Positions 25,801 through 40,200 of a DNA stretch of 64,000 bases are shown in pieces. A model generated the notes under the pieces. It was not told the origin of the DNA. It did not search any database and was given only the letters and a program-made list of their open reading frames with translations. The stretch is taken from assembly GCF_009914755.1 (NCBI RefSeq), contig NC_060930.1; one strand, given 5' to 3'. The translations under genes were made by a program, and so were the position numbers. Source of the DNA: the human T2T-CHM13v2.0 reference genome, Homo sapiens. Position 1 is the first letter of the stretch, and the number at the start of each line of letters is the position of its first letter.

Positions 25801-28040
25801 TTCTTCATGTAACTCTAGATTGAAGAGTTCTCAGAAACTCCTTTGTGATGTGTGCATTCAATTCAAAGAGTGAAACCTCCCTTTTCACAGAGCAGTTTTG
25901 AAACACTGTTTTTGTAGGATTTCCAAGGGGATATTTATAGCGCATTGAGCCTACGGCGGAAAAAGAAACATCTTCCTATAAAAACTAGACAGAATACTTC
26001 TCAGAATCTGCTTTGCGATGTGTGCGTTCAACTCACAGAGTAAAACTTTTCTTTTGATAGAGCAGTTTTGAAACACTCTTTTTGTAGTATTTGCATGTGT
26101 ATATTTAGAGCGCATTGAAGCCCACAGTAGAAAAGGAAATAACTTCACCTAAAACCTAGACAGAAGCAATCTCAGAAACTACTTTGTGATGTGTACATTC
26201 AACTCACAGAGTGGAACTTTCCTCTTTATAGAGCAGTGTTGAAACACTCTTTTTGTAGAAACTGCAAGTGGATATTTGGACCTCTTTGAGGCCTTCGTTG
26301 GAAACGGGATTTCTTCCTATAACCCTAGACAGAAGAATTTTCAGAAACCTCATTGTGATGTGTGCGTTCATCTCACAGAGTGGAGTCTTCCGTTTGATAG
26401 AGAAGTTTTGAAACCCTGTTCTTGTAGGATTTCCAAGTGGATATTTAGACCACTTTGAAGCCTATGATAGAAAAGGAAACATCTTCATGGAAAACATAGA
26501 TAGAATCATCCTCAGAAACAACTTTGTGATGTGTGCGTTGAACTCACCGTCTTTAACCTTTCTTTTGGTAGAGAAGTTTTGAAACACTCTCTTTGTAAAG
26601 TCTACAAGTGGATATTTTGAGCCCTTGGAGGCATTCTTTGGAAAAGGGAATGTCTTCACATAAAAGGCAGACGGAAGTGTTCTCAGAAACTGCTTTGTGA
26701 TGTCTGTGTTCAACTCACAGAGTTTAACATTTCCTTTGATAGAGCGGTTTAGTAACCCTCTCTTTGTAGAATTTGGAAGTGTATACTAAGAGCGCTTTGA
26801 GGCCTATGGTAGAAAAGGAAATATCTTTCCATAAAAGCTAGACAGAAGCAATCTCAGAAACTCCTTTGTGATGTCTGCATTCAACTCACCGAGTGGAACA
26901 TTCCTCTTGATAGAGCAGTTTGGAAACACTCTTTCTGTAGAATCAGCTTGTTTGTATTTGGACCTCCTTGAGGCCTTCGTTGGAAACGGGTTTTCATCTT
27001 ATAAACCCAGACAGAAGAATTCTCAGAGTCTTCTTTGTGATGTGTGCTTTCAACTCACCGAGATAAAGATTTCTCTTGATAGAGCAATTTGGAAACACTC
27101 TTTTTGTAGAATTTGCAAGGGTACATTGAGAGCGCTTTCAGGCCTATGGTAGAAAAGGGAATATCTTTCCATAAAAGGTAGACAGAAGCAATCTCAGAAA
27201 CTACTTTGTGATGTGTGCATTCAACTCACCGAGTGCAACGTTCCTCTTGACCGAGCAGTTTGGAAACATTGTTTCTGTAGAATCTGCAAGTGGATATTTG
27301 GACCTCTTTGAGGCCTTCGTTGGAAACGGGATTTCTTCCTATAAACCCAGACAGAAGAATTCTCAGAGACTTCTTTGTGATGTGTGAATTCAACTCACAG
27401 TGTGGATCCTTCCTTTTGATAGAGCAGTTTTGAAACCCTGTTTTTGTAGTATTTCCAAGCGGATATTTGGAACGCCTTGAAGCGTATGGTAGAAAAGGAA
27501 ATATCTTCCCATAAAACCTAGACAGAACCAATCTCAGAAACGACTTTGTGATGTCTGCATTCAACTCACAGAGTTGAACATTTCTCTTGATAGAGCAGTT
27601 TTGAAACCCTCTTTCTGAAGGATCTGCAAGTGGATATTTGGAACTCCTTTGGGTCTTCGTTGGAAACGGGATTTCTTCGTATAAATCTAGACAGAAGAAT
27701 TCTCCGAAACTTCCTTGTGATGTGTGCATTCAACTCAGCGAGTGGCACCTTCCTTTGGATACAGCAGTTTTGAAACACTGTTTTTGTAGTATTTCCAAGC
27801 GGATATTTAGAGCGCCTTGAAGCCTATGCTAGAAATGGAAATATTTCCCCATAAAACCAAGACGGAAGCAATCTCAGAAACTAATGTGTGATGGCTGCAT
27901 TCCACACACACGGTGGACCATTTCTCTTGATAGAGCAGTTTTGAAACACTCTTTCTGTAGAATCTGCAAGTGGATAATTGGACCTCCTAGAGGCCTTCGT
28001 TGGAAACGGGATTTCTTCATCTAAACCTACAGAGAAGTAT
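16825..28040 (+). repeat. HOR units 7-10: alternating L (16825-19881), S (19882-22432), L (22433-25489), S (25490-28040)
   Basis: Unit-start spacings 3057, 2551, 3057, 2551. Confidence 0.95.
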
Positions 28041-31000
28041 TCTCAGTAACTTCTTCGGATGTGTGCATTCGACGCACAGAATGGAACATTCCCTTTGATA
28101 GAGCAGTTTTGAGACACCGTTTTTGTAGAATTCCCAAGTGGATATTTAGAGCACTTTGAAGTCTCTGCTAGAAAAGGAAACATCTTCATGTAAAAAGTAG
28201 ATAGAATCGTTCTCAGAAAGTGCTTAGTGTCGTGTGCGTTCAACTCACAGAGTTTAACGTTTCTTTTGATAGAGCGTTTCTGAAACACCCTTCTTGTAGT
28301 AGCTGCAAGTGGATATTTGGACCTATTGGAGGCCTTCTTTGGAAATGGGATTTCTTCATGTAACTCTAGATTGAAGAATTCTCAGAAACTCCTTTGTGAT
28401 GTGTGCATTCAATTCAAAGAGTGAAACCTCTCTTTTCACAGAGCAGTTTTGAAACACTGTTTTTGTAGGATTTCCAAGGGGATATTTATAGCGCATTGAG
28501 CCTACGGCGGAAAAAGAAACATCTTCCTATAAAAACTAGACAGAATACTTCTCAGAATCTGCTTTGCGATGTGTGCGTTCAACTCACAGAGTAAAACTTT
28601 TCTTTTGATAGAGCAGTTTTGAAACACTCTTTTTGTAGTATTTGCATGTGTATATTTAGAGCGCATTGAAGCCCACAGTAGAAAAGGAAATAACTTCACC
28701 TAAAACCTAGACAGAAGCAATCACAGAAACTACTTTGTGATGTGTACATTCAACTCACAGAGTGGAACTTTCCTCTTTATAGAGCAGTGTTGAAACACTC
28801 TTTTTGTAGAAACTGCAAGTGGATATTTGGACCTCTTTGAGGCCTTCGTTGGAAACGGGATTTCTTCCTATAACCCTAGACAGAAGAATTTTCAGAAACC
28901 TCATTGTGATGTGTGCGTTCATCTCACAGAGTGGAGTCTTCCGTTTGATAGAGAAGTTTTGAAACCCTGTTCTTGTAGGATTTCCAAGTGGATATTTAGA
29001 CCACTTTGAAGCCTATGATAGAAAAGGAAACATCTTCATGGAAAACATAGATAGAATCATCCTCAGAAACAACTTTGTGATGTGTGCGTTGAACTCACCG
29101 TCTTTAACCTTTCTTTTGGTAGAGAAGTTTTGAAACACTCTCTTTGTAAAGTCTACAAGTGGATATTTTGAGCCCTTGGAGGCATTCTTTGGAAAAGGGA
29201 ATGTCTTCACATAAAAGGCAGACGGAAGTGTTCTCAGAAACTGCTTTGTGATGTCTGTGTTCAACTCACAGAGTTTAACATTTCCTTTGATAGAGCGGTT
29301 TAGTAACCCTCTCTTTGTAGAATTTGGAAGTGTATACTAAGAGCGCTTTGAGGCCTATGGTAGAAAAGGAAATATCTTTCCATAAAAGCTAGACAGAAGC
29401 AATCTCAGAAACTCCTCTGTGATGTCTGCATTCAACTCACCGAGTGGAACATTCCTCTTGAGAGAGCAGTTTGGAAACACTCTTTCTGTAGAATCAGCTT
29501 GTTTGTATTTGGACCTCCTTGAGGCCTTCGTTGGAAACGGGTTTTCATCTTATAAACCCAGACAGAAGAATTCTCAGAGTCTTCTTTGTGATGTGTGCTT
29601 TCAACTCACCGAGATAAAGATTTCTCTTGATAGAGCAATTTGGAAACACTCTTTTTGTAGAATTTGCAAGGGTACATTGAGAGCGCTTTCAGGCCTATGG
29701 TAGAAAAGGGAATATCTTTCCATAAAAGGTAGACAGAAGCAATCTCAGAAACTACTTTGTGATGTGTGCATTCAACTCACCGAGTGCAACGTTCCTCTTG
29801 ACCGAGCAGTTTGGAAACATTGTTTCTGTAGAATCTGCAAGTGGATATTTGGACCTCTTTGAGGCCTTCGTTGGAAACGGGATTTCTTCCTATAAACCCA
29901 GACAGAAGAATTCTCAGAGACTTCTTTGTGATGTGTGAATTCAACTCACAGTGTGGATCCTTCCTTTTGATAGAGCAGTTTTGAAACCCTGTTTTTGTAG
30001 TATTTCCAAGCGGATATTTGGAACGCCTTGAAGCGTATGGTAGAAAAGGAAATATCTTCCCATAAAACCTAGACAGAACCAATCTCAGAAACGACTTTGT
30101 GATGTCTGCATTCAAGTCACAGAGTTGAACATTTCTCTTGATAGAGCAGTTTTGAAACCCTCTTTCTGAAGGATCTGCAAGTGGATATTTGGAACTCCTT
30201 TGGGTCTTCGTTGGAAACGGGATTTCTTCGTATAAATCTAGACAGAAGAATTCTCCGAAACTTCTTTGGTTGTGTGCATTCAAGTCACAGAGTGGAACCT
30301 TCCTTTGGATAGAGCAGTTTGAAACGCCGTGGTTGTAGTATTTCCAAGCGGATATTAGAGCGCCTTGAGGCCTATGGTAGAAAAGGAAATATCTTCCCAT
30401 AAAACCTAGACGGAAGCAATCTCAGAAACTACTGTGTGATGGCTGCATTCCACACACACGGTGGAACATTTCTCTTGATAGAGCAGTTTTGAAACACTCT
30501 TTCTGTAGAATCTGCAAGTGGATAATTGGACCGCCTTGAGGCCTTCGTTGGAAACGGGATTTCTTCATGTTACTCTAGATAGAAGAATTCTCAAACACTG
30601 CTATGTGATGTTTGCATTCAAGTCACAGAGTGCAACATTCCTCTTGGTAGAGCAGTTGGGAAACACTCCTTTTGTAGAATCTGCAATGGGATATTTGGAC
30701 TTCTTTGAGGCCTTCGTTGGAAACGGGATTTCTTCGTATGAATCTAGACAGAAGAATTCTCAGAAACTTCCTTGTGATGTGTGCATTCAACTCAGCGAGT
30801 GGCACCTTCCTTTGGATACAGCAGTTTTGAAACACTGTTTTTGTAGTATTTCCAAGCGGATATTTAGAGCGCCTTGAAGCCTATGCTAGAAATGGAAATA
30901 TCTCCCCATAAAACCAAGACGGAAGCAATCTCAGAAACTAATGTGTGATGGCTGCATTCCACACACACGGTGGACCATTTCTCTTGATAGAGCAGTTTTG

Positions 31001-34000
31001 AAACACTCTTTCTGTAGAATCTGCAAGTGGATAATTGGACCTCCTAGAGGCCTTCGTTGGAAACGGGATTTCTTCATCTAAACCTACAGAGAAGAATTCT
31101 CAGTAACTTCTTCGGATGTGTGCATTCGACGCACAGAATGGAACATTCCCTTTGATAGAGCAGTTTTGAGACACCGTTTTTGTAGAATTCCCAAGTGGAT
31201 ATTTAGAGCACTTTGAAGTCTCTGCTAGAAAAGGAAACATCTTCATGTAAAAAGTAGATAGAATCGTTCTCAGAAAGTGCTTAGTGACGTGTGCGTTCAA
31301 CTCACAGAGTTTAACGTTTCTTTTGATAGAGCGTTTCTGAAACACCCTTCTTGTAGTAGCTGCAAGTGGATATTTGGACCTATTGGAGGCCTTCTTTGGA
31401 AATGGGATTTCTTCATGTAACTCTAGATTGAAGAGTTCTCAGAAACTCCTTTGTGATGTGTGCATTCAATTCAAAGAGTGAAACCTCCCTTTTCACAGAG
31501 CAGTTTTGAAACACTGTTTTTGTAGGATTTCCAAGGGGATATTTATAGCGCATTGAGCCTACGGCGGAAAAAGAAACATCTTCCTATAAAAACTAGACAG
31601 AATACTTCTCAGAATCTGCTTTGCGATGTGTGCGTTCAACTCACAGAGTAAAACTTTTCTTTTGATAGAGCAGTTTTGAAACACTCTTTTTGTAGTATTT
31701 GCATGTGTATATTTAGAGCGCATTGAAGCCCACAGTAGAAAAGGAAATAACTTCACCTAAAACCTAGACAGAAGCAATCTCAGAAACTACTTTGTGATGT
31801 GTACATTCAACTCACAGAGTGGAACTTTCCTCTTTATAGAGCAGTGTTGAAACACTCTTTTTGTAGAAACTGCAAGTGGATATTTGGACCTCTTTGAGGC
31901 CTTCGTTGGAAACGGGATTTCTTCCTATAACCCTAGACAGAAGAATTTTCAGAAACCTCATTGTGATGTGTGCGTTCATCTCACAGAGTGGAGTCTTCCG
32001 TTTGATAGAGAAGTTTTGAAACCCTGTTCTTGTAGGATTTCCAAGTGGATATTTAGACCACTTTGAAGCCTATGATAGAAAAGGAAACATCTTCATGGAA
32101 AACATAGATAGAATCATCCTCAGAAACAACTTTGTGATGTGTGCGTTGAACTCACCGTCTTTAACCTTTCTTTTGGTAGAGAAGTTTTGAAACACTCTCT
32201 TTGTAAAGTCTACAAGTGGATATTTTGAGCCCTTGGAGGCATTCTTTGGAAAAGGGAATGTCTTCACATAAAAGGCAGACGGAAGTGTTCTCAGAAACTG
32301 CTTTGTGATGTCTGTGTTCAACTCACAGAGTTTAACATTTCCTTTGATAGAGCGGTTTAGTAACCCTCTCTTTGTAGAATTTGGAAGTGTATACTAAGAG
32401 CGCTTTGAGGCCTATGGTAGAAAAGGAAATATCTTTCCATAAAAGCTAGACAGAAGCAATCTCAGAAACTCCTTTGCGATGTCTGCATTCAACTCACCGA
32501 GTGGAACATTCCTCTTGAGAGAGCAGTTTGGAAACACTCTTTCTGTAGAATCAGCTTGTTTGTATTTGGACCTCCTTGAGGCCTTCGTTGGAAACGGGTT
32601 TTCATCTTATAAACCCAGACAGAAGAATTCTCAGAGTCTTCTTTGTGATGTGTGCTTTCAACTCACCGAGATAAAGATTTCTCTTGATAGAGCAATTTGG
32701 AAACACTCTTTTTGTAGAATTTGCAAGGGTACATTGAGAGCGCTTTCAGGCCTATGGTAGAAAAGGGAATATCTTTCCATAAAAGGTAGACAGAAGCAAT
32801 CTCAGAAACTACTTTGTGATGTGTGCATTCAACTCACCGAGTGCAACGTTCCTCTTGACTGAGCAGTTTGGAAACATTGTTTCTGTAGAATCTGCAAGTG
32901 GATATTTGGACCTCTTTGAGGCCTTCGTTGGAAACGGGATTTCTTCCTATAAACCCAGACAGAAGAATTCTCAGAGACTTCTTTGTGATGTGTGAATTCA
33001 ACTCACAGTGTGGATCCTTCCTTTTGATAGAGCAGTTTTGAAACCCTGTTTTTGTAGTATTTCCAAGCGGATATTTGGAACGCCTTGAAGCGTATGGTAG
33101 AAAAGGAAATATCTTCCCATAAAACCTAGACAGAACCAATCTCAGAAACGACTTTGTGATGTCTGCATTCAAGTCACAGAGTTGAACATTTCTCTTGATA
33201 GAGCAGTTTTGAAACCCTCTTTCTGAAGGATCTGCAAGTGGATATTTGGAACTCCTTTGGGTCTTCGTTGGAAACGGGATTTCTTCGTATAAATCTAGAC
33301 AGAAGAATTCTCCGAAACTTCTTTGGTTGTGTGCATTCAAGTCACAGAGTGGAACCTTCCTTTGGATAGAGCAGTTTGAAACGCCGTGGTTGTAGTATTT
33401 CCAAGCGGATATTAGAGCGCCTTGAGGCCTATGGTAGAAAAGGAAATATCTTCCCATAAAACCTAGACGGAAGCAATCTCAGAAACTACTGTGTGATGGC
33501 TGCATTCCACACACACGGTGGAACATTTCTCTTGATAGAGCAGTTTTGAAACACTCTTTCTGTAGAATCTGCAAGTGGATAATTGGACCGCCTTGAGGCC
33601 TTCGTTGGAAACGGGATTTCTTCATGTTACTCTAGATAGAAGAATTCTCAAACACTGCTATGTGATGTTTGCATTCAAGTCACAGAGTGCAACATTCCTC
33701 TTGGTAGAGCAGTTGGGAAACACTCCTTTTGTAGAATCTGCAATGGGATATTTGGACTTCTTTGAGGCCTTCGTTGGAAACGGGATTTCTTCGTATGAAT
33801 CTAGACAGAAGAATTCTCAGAAACTTCCTTGTGATGTGTGCATTCAACTCAGCGAGTGGCACCTTCCTTTGGATACAGCAGTTTTGAAACACTGTTTTTG
33901 TAGTATTTCCAAGCGGATATTTAGAGCGCCTTGAAGCCTATGCTAGAAATGGAAATATCTCCCCATAAAACCAAGACAGAAGCAATCTCAGAAACTAATG

Positions 34001-37000
34001 TGTGATGGCTGCATTCCACACACACGGTGGACCATTTCTCTTGATAGAGCAGTTTTGAAACACTCTTTCTGTAGAATCTGCAAGTGGATAATTGGACCTC
34101 CGAGAGGCCTTCGTTGGAAACGGGATTTCTTCATCTAAACCTACAGAGAAGAATTCTCAGTAACTTCTTCGGATGTGTGCATTCGACGCACAGAATGGAA
34201 CATTCCCTTTGATAGAGCAGTTTTGAGACACCGTTTTTGTAGAATTCCCAAGTGGATATTTAGAGCACTTTGAAGTCTCTGCTAGAAAAGGAAACATCTT
34301 CATGTAAAAAGTAGATAGAATCGTTCTCAGAAAGTGCTTAGTGACGTGTGCGTTCAACTCACAGAGTTTAACGTTTCTTTTGATAGAGCGTTTCTGAAAC
34401 ACCCTTCTTGTAGTAGCTGCAAGTGGATATTTGGACCTATTGGAGGCCTTCTTTGGAAATGGGATTTCTTCATGTAACTCTAGATTGAAGAGTTCTCAGA
34501 AACTCCTTTGTGATGTGTGCATTCAATTCAAAGAGTGAAACCTCCCTTTTCACAGAGCAGTTTTGAAACACTGTTTTTGTAGGATTTCCAAGGGGATATT
34601 TATAGCGCATTGAGCCTACGGCGGAAAAAGAAACATCTTCCTATAAAAACTAGACAGAATACTTCTCAGAATCTGCTTTGCGATGTGTGCGTTCAACTCA
34701 CAGAGTAAAACTTTTCTTTTGATAGAGCAGTTTTGAAACACTCTTTTTGTAGTATTTGCATGTGTATATTTAGAGCGCATTGAAGCCCACAGTAGAAAAG
34801 GAAATAACTTCACCTAAAACCTAGACAGAAGCAATCTCAGAAACTACTTTGTGATGTGTACATTCAACTCACAGAGTGGAACTTTCCTCTTTATAGAGCA
34901 GTGTTGAAACACTCTTTTTGTAGAAACTGCAAGTGGATATTTGGACCTCTTTGAGGCCTTCGTTGGAAACGGGATTTCTTCCTATAACCCTAGACAGAAG
35001 AATTTTCAGAAACCTCATTGTGATGTGTGCGTTCATCTCACAGAGTGGAGTCTTCCGTTTGATAGAGAAGTTTTGAAACCCTGTTCTTGTAGGATTTCCA
35101 AGTGGATATTTAGACCACTTTGAAGCCTATGATAGAAAAGGAAACATCTTCATGGAAAACATAGATAGAATCATCCTCAGAAACAACTTTGTGATGTGTG
35201 CGTTGAACTCACCGTCTTTAACCTTTCTTTTGGTAGAGAAGTTTTGAAACACTCTCTTTGTAAAGTCTACAAGTGGATATTTTGAGCCCTTGGAGGCATT
35301 CTTTGGAAAAGGGAATGTCTTCACATAAAAGGCAGACGGAAGTGTTCTCAGAAACTGCTTTGTGATGTCTGTGTTCAACTCACAGAGTTTAACATTTCCT
35401 TTGATAGAGCGGTTTAGTAACCCTCTCTTTGTAGAATTTGGAAGTGTATACTAAGAGCGCTTTGAGGCCTATGGTAGAAAAGGAAATATCTTTCCATAAA
35501 AGCTAGACAGAAGCAATCTCAGAAACTCCTTTGCGATGTCTGCATTCAACTCACCGAGTGGAACATTCCTCTTGAGAGAGCAGTTTGGAAACACTCTTTC
35601 TGTAGAATCAGCTTGTTTGTATTTGGACCTCCTTGAGGCCTTCGTTGGAAACGGGTTTTCATCTTATAAACCCAGACAGAAGAATTCTCAGAGTCTTCTT
35701 TGTGATGTGTGCTTTCAACTCACCGAGATAAAGATTTCTCTTGATAGAGCAATTTGGAAACACTCTTTTTGTAGAATTTGCAAGGGTACATTGAGAGCGC
35801 TTTCAGGCCTATGGTAGAAAAGGGAATATCTTTCCATAAAAGGTAGACAGAAGCAATCTCAGAAACTACTTTGTGATGTGTGCATTCAACTCACCGAGTG
35901 CAACGTTCCTCTTGACCGAGCAGTTTGGAAACATTGTTTCTGTAGAATCTGCAAGTGGATATTTGGACCTCTTTGAGGCCTTCGTTGGAAACGGGATTTC
36001 TTCCTATAAACCCAGACAGAAGAATTCTCAGAGACTTCTTTGTGATGTGTGAATTCAACTCACAGTGTGGATCCTTCCTTTTGATAGAGCAGTTTTGAAA
36101 CCCTGTTTTTGTAGTATTTCCAAGCGGATATTCGGAACGCCTTGAAGCGTATGGTAGAAAAGGAAATATCTTCCCATAAAACCTAGACAGAACCAATCTC
36201 AGAAACGACTTTGTGATGTCTGCATTCAACTCACAGAGTTGAACATTTCTCTTGATAGAGCAGTTTTGAAACCCTCTTTCTGAAGGATCTGCAAGTGGAT
36301 ATTTGGAACTCCTTTGGGTCTTCGTTGGAAACGGGATTTCTTCGTATAAATCTAGACAGAAGAATTCTCCGAAACTTCTTTGGTTGTGTGCATTCAAGTC
36401 ACAGAGTGGAACCTTCCTTTGGATAGAGCAGTTTGAAACGCCGTGGTTGTAGTATTTCCAAGCGGATATTAGAGCGCCTTGAGGCCTATGGTAGAAAAGG
36501 AAATATCTTCCCATAAAACCTAGACGGAAGCAATCTCAGAAACTACTGTGTGATGGCTGCATTCCACACACACGGTGGAACATTTCTCTTGATAGAGCAG
36601 TTTTGAAACACTCTTTCTGTAGAATCTGCAAGTGGATAATTGGACCGCCTTGAGGCCTTCGTTGGAAACGGGATTTCTTCATGTTACTCTAGATAGAAGA
36701 ATTCTCAAACACTGCTATGTGATGTTTGCATTCAAGTCACAGAGTGCAACATTCCTCTTGGTAGAGCAGTTGGGAAACACTCCTTTTGTAGAATCTGCAA
36801 TGGGATATTTGGACTTCTTTGAGGCCTTCGTTGGAAACGGGATTTCTTCGTATGAATCTAGACAGAAGAATTCTCAGAAACTTCCTTGTGATGTGTGCAT
36901 TCAACTCAGCGAGTGGCACCTTCCTTTGGATACAGCAGTTTTGAAACACTGTTTTTGTAGTATTTCCAAGCGGATATTTAGAGCGCCTTAAAGCCTATGC

Positions 37001-37211
37001 TAGAAATGGAAATATCTCCCCATAAAACCAAGACAGAAGCAATCTCAGAAACTAATGTGTGATGGCTGCATTCCACACACACGGTGGCCCATTTCTCTTG
37101 ATAGAGCAGTTTTGAAACACTCTTTCTGTAGAATCTGCAAGTGGATAATTGGACCTCCTAGAGGCCTTCGTTGGAAACGGGATTTCTTCATCTAAACCTA
37201 CAGAGAAGAAT
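28041..37211 (+). repeat. HOR units 11-13: three 18-mers (28041-31097, 31098-34154, 34155-37211)
   Basis: 3057 bp spacing. Confidence 0.95.
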
Positions 37212-40200
37212 TCTCAGTAACTTCTTCGGATGTGTGCATTCGACGCACAGAATGGAACATTCCCTTTGATAGAGCAGTTTTGAGACACCGTTTTTGTAGA
37301 ATTCCCAAGTGGATATTTAGAGCACTTTGAAGTCTCTGCTAGAAAAGGAAACATCTTCATGTAAAAAGTAGATAGAATCGTTCTCAGAAAGTGCTTAGTG
37401 ACGTGTGCGTTCAACTCACAGAGTTTAACGTTTCTTTTGATAGAGCGTTTCTGAAACACCCTTCTTGTAGTAGCTGCAAGTGGATATTTGGACCTATTGG
37501 AGGCCTTCTTTGGAAATGGGATTTCTTCATGTAACTCTAGATTGAAGAGTTCTCAGAAACTCCTTTGTGATGTGTGCATTCAATTCAAAGAGTGAAACCT
37601 CCCTTTTCACAGAGCAGTTTTGAAACACTGTTTTTGTAGGATTTCCAAGGGGATATTTATAGCGCATTGAGCCTACGGCGGAAAAAGAAACATCTTCCTA
37701 TAAAAACTAGACAGAATACTTCTCAGAATCTGCTTTGCGATGTGTGCGTTCAACTCACAGAGTAAAACTTTTCTTTTGATAGAGCAGTTTTGAAACACTC
37801 TTTTTGTAGTATTTGCATGTGTATATTTAGAGCGCATTGAAGCCCACAGTAGAAAAGGAAATAACTTCACCTAAAACCTAGACAGAAGCAATCTCAGAAA
37901 CTACTTTGTGATGTGTACATTCAACTCACAGAGTGGAACTTTCCTCTTTATAGAGCAGTGTTGAAACACTCTTTTTGTAGAAACTGCAAGTGGATATTTG
38001 GACCTCTTTGAGGCCTTCGTTGGAAACGGGATTTCTTCCTATAACCCTAGACAGAAGAATTTTCAGAAACCTCATTGTGATGTGTGCGTTCATCTCACAG
38101 AGTGGAGTCTTCCGTTTGATAGAGAAGTTTTGAAACCCTGTTCTTGTAGGATTTCCAAGTGGATATTTAGACCACTTTGAAGCCTATGATAGAAAAGGAA
38201 ACATCTTCATGGAAAACATAGATAGAATCATCCTCAGAAACAACTTTGTGATGTGTGCGTTGAACTCACCGTCTTTAACCTTTCTTTTGGTAGAGAAGTT
38301 TTGAAACACTCTCTTTGTAAAGTCTACAAGTGGATATTTTGAGCCCTTGGAGGCATTCTTTGGAAAAGGGAATGTCTTCACATAAAAGGCAGACGGAAGT
38401 GTTCTCAGAAACTGCTTTGTGATGTCTGTGTTCAACTCACAGAGTTTAACATTTCCTTTGATAGAGCGGTTTAGTAACCCTCTCTTTGTAGAATTTGGAA
38501 GTGTATACTAAGAGCGCTTTGAGGCCTATGGTAGAAAAGGAAATATCTTTCCATAAAAGCTAGACAGAAGCAATCTCAGAAACTCCTTTGTGATGTCTGC
38601 ATTCAACTCACCGAGTGGAACATTCCTCTTGAGAGAGCAGTTTGGAAACACTCTTTCTGTAGAATCAGCTTGTTTGTATTTGGACCTCCTTGAGGCCTTC
38701 GTTGGAAACGGGTTTTCATCTTATAAACCCAGACAGAAGAATTCTCAGAGTCTTCTTTGTGATGTGTGCTTTCAACTCACCGAGATAAAGATTTCTCTTG
38801 ATAGAGCAATTTGGAAACACTCTTTTTGTAGAATTTGCAAGGGTACATTGAGAGCGCTTTCAGGCCTATGGTAGAAAAGGGAATATCTTTCCATAAAAGG
38901 TAGACAGAAGCAATCTCAGAAACTACTTTGTGATGTGTGCATTCAACTCACCGAGTGCAACGTTCCTCTTGACCGAGCAGTTTGGAAACATTGTTTCTGT
39001 AGAATCTGCAAGTGGATATTTGGACCTCTTTGAGGCCTTCGTTGGAAACGGGATTTCTTCCTATAAACCCAGACAGAAGAATTCTCAGAGACTTCTTTGT
39101 GATGTGTGAATTCAACTCACAGTGTGGATCCTTCCTTTTGATAGAGCAGTTTTGAAACCCTGTTTTTGTAGTATTTCCAAGCGGATATTTGGAACGCCTT
39201 GAAGCGTATGGTAGAAAAGGAAATATCTTCCCATAAAACCTAGACAGAACCAATCTCAGAAACGACTTTGTGATGTCTGCATTCAAGTCACAGAGTTGAA
39301 CATTTCTCTTGATAGAGCAGTTTTGAAACCCTCTTTCTGAAGGATCTGCAAGTGGATATTTGGAACTCCTTTGGGTCTTCGTTGGAAACGGGATTTCTTC
39401 GTATAAATCTAGACAGAAGAATTCTCAGAAACTTCCTTGTGATGTGTGCATTCAACTCAGCGAGTGGCACCTTCCTTTGGATACAGCAGTTTTGAAACAC
39501 TGTTTTTGTAGTATTTCCAAGCGGATATTTAGAGCGCCTTGAAGCCTATGCTAGAAATGGAAATATTTCCCCATAAAACCAAGACGGAAGCAATCTCAGA
39601 AACTAATGTGTGATGGCTGCATTCCACACACACGGTGGACCATTTCTCTTGATAGAGCAGTTTTGAAACACTCTTTCTGTAGAATCTGCAAGTGGATAAT
39701 TGGACCTCCTAGAGGCCTTCGTTGGAAACGGGATTTCTTCATCTAAACCTACAGAGAAGTATTCTCAGTAACTTCTTCGGATGTGTGCATTCGACGCACA
39801 GAATGGAACATTCCCTTTGATAGAGCAGTTTTGAGACACCGTTTTTGTAGAATTCCCAAGTGGATATTTAGAGCACTTTGAAGTCTCTGCTAGAAAAGGA
39901 AACATCTTCATGTAAAAAGTAGATAGAATCGTTCTCAGAAAGTGCTTAGTGTCGTGTGCGTTCAACTCACAGAGTTTAACGTTTCTTTTGATAGAGCGTT
40001 TCTGAAACACCCTTCTTGTAGTAGCTGCAAGTGGATATTTGGACCTATTGGAGGCCTTCTTTGGAAATGGGATTTCTTCATGTAACTCTAGATTGAAGAG
40101 TTCTCAGAAACTCCTTTGTGATGTGTGCATTCAATTCAAAGAGTGAAACCTCCCTTTTCACAGAGCAGTTTTGAAACACTGTTTTTGTAGGATTTCCAAG

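Noticed and set aside
27226-27729. Unique 167 aa ORF in unit 10
   Set aside because: It results from the single A>C at 27705 removing a stop codon on the minus strand. It is useful only as a marker of the shifted junction
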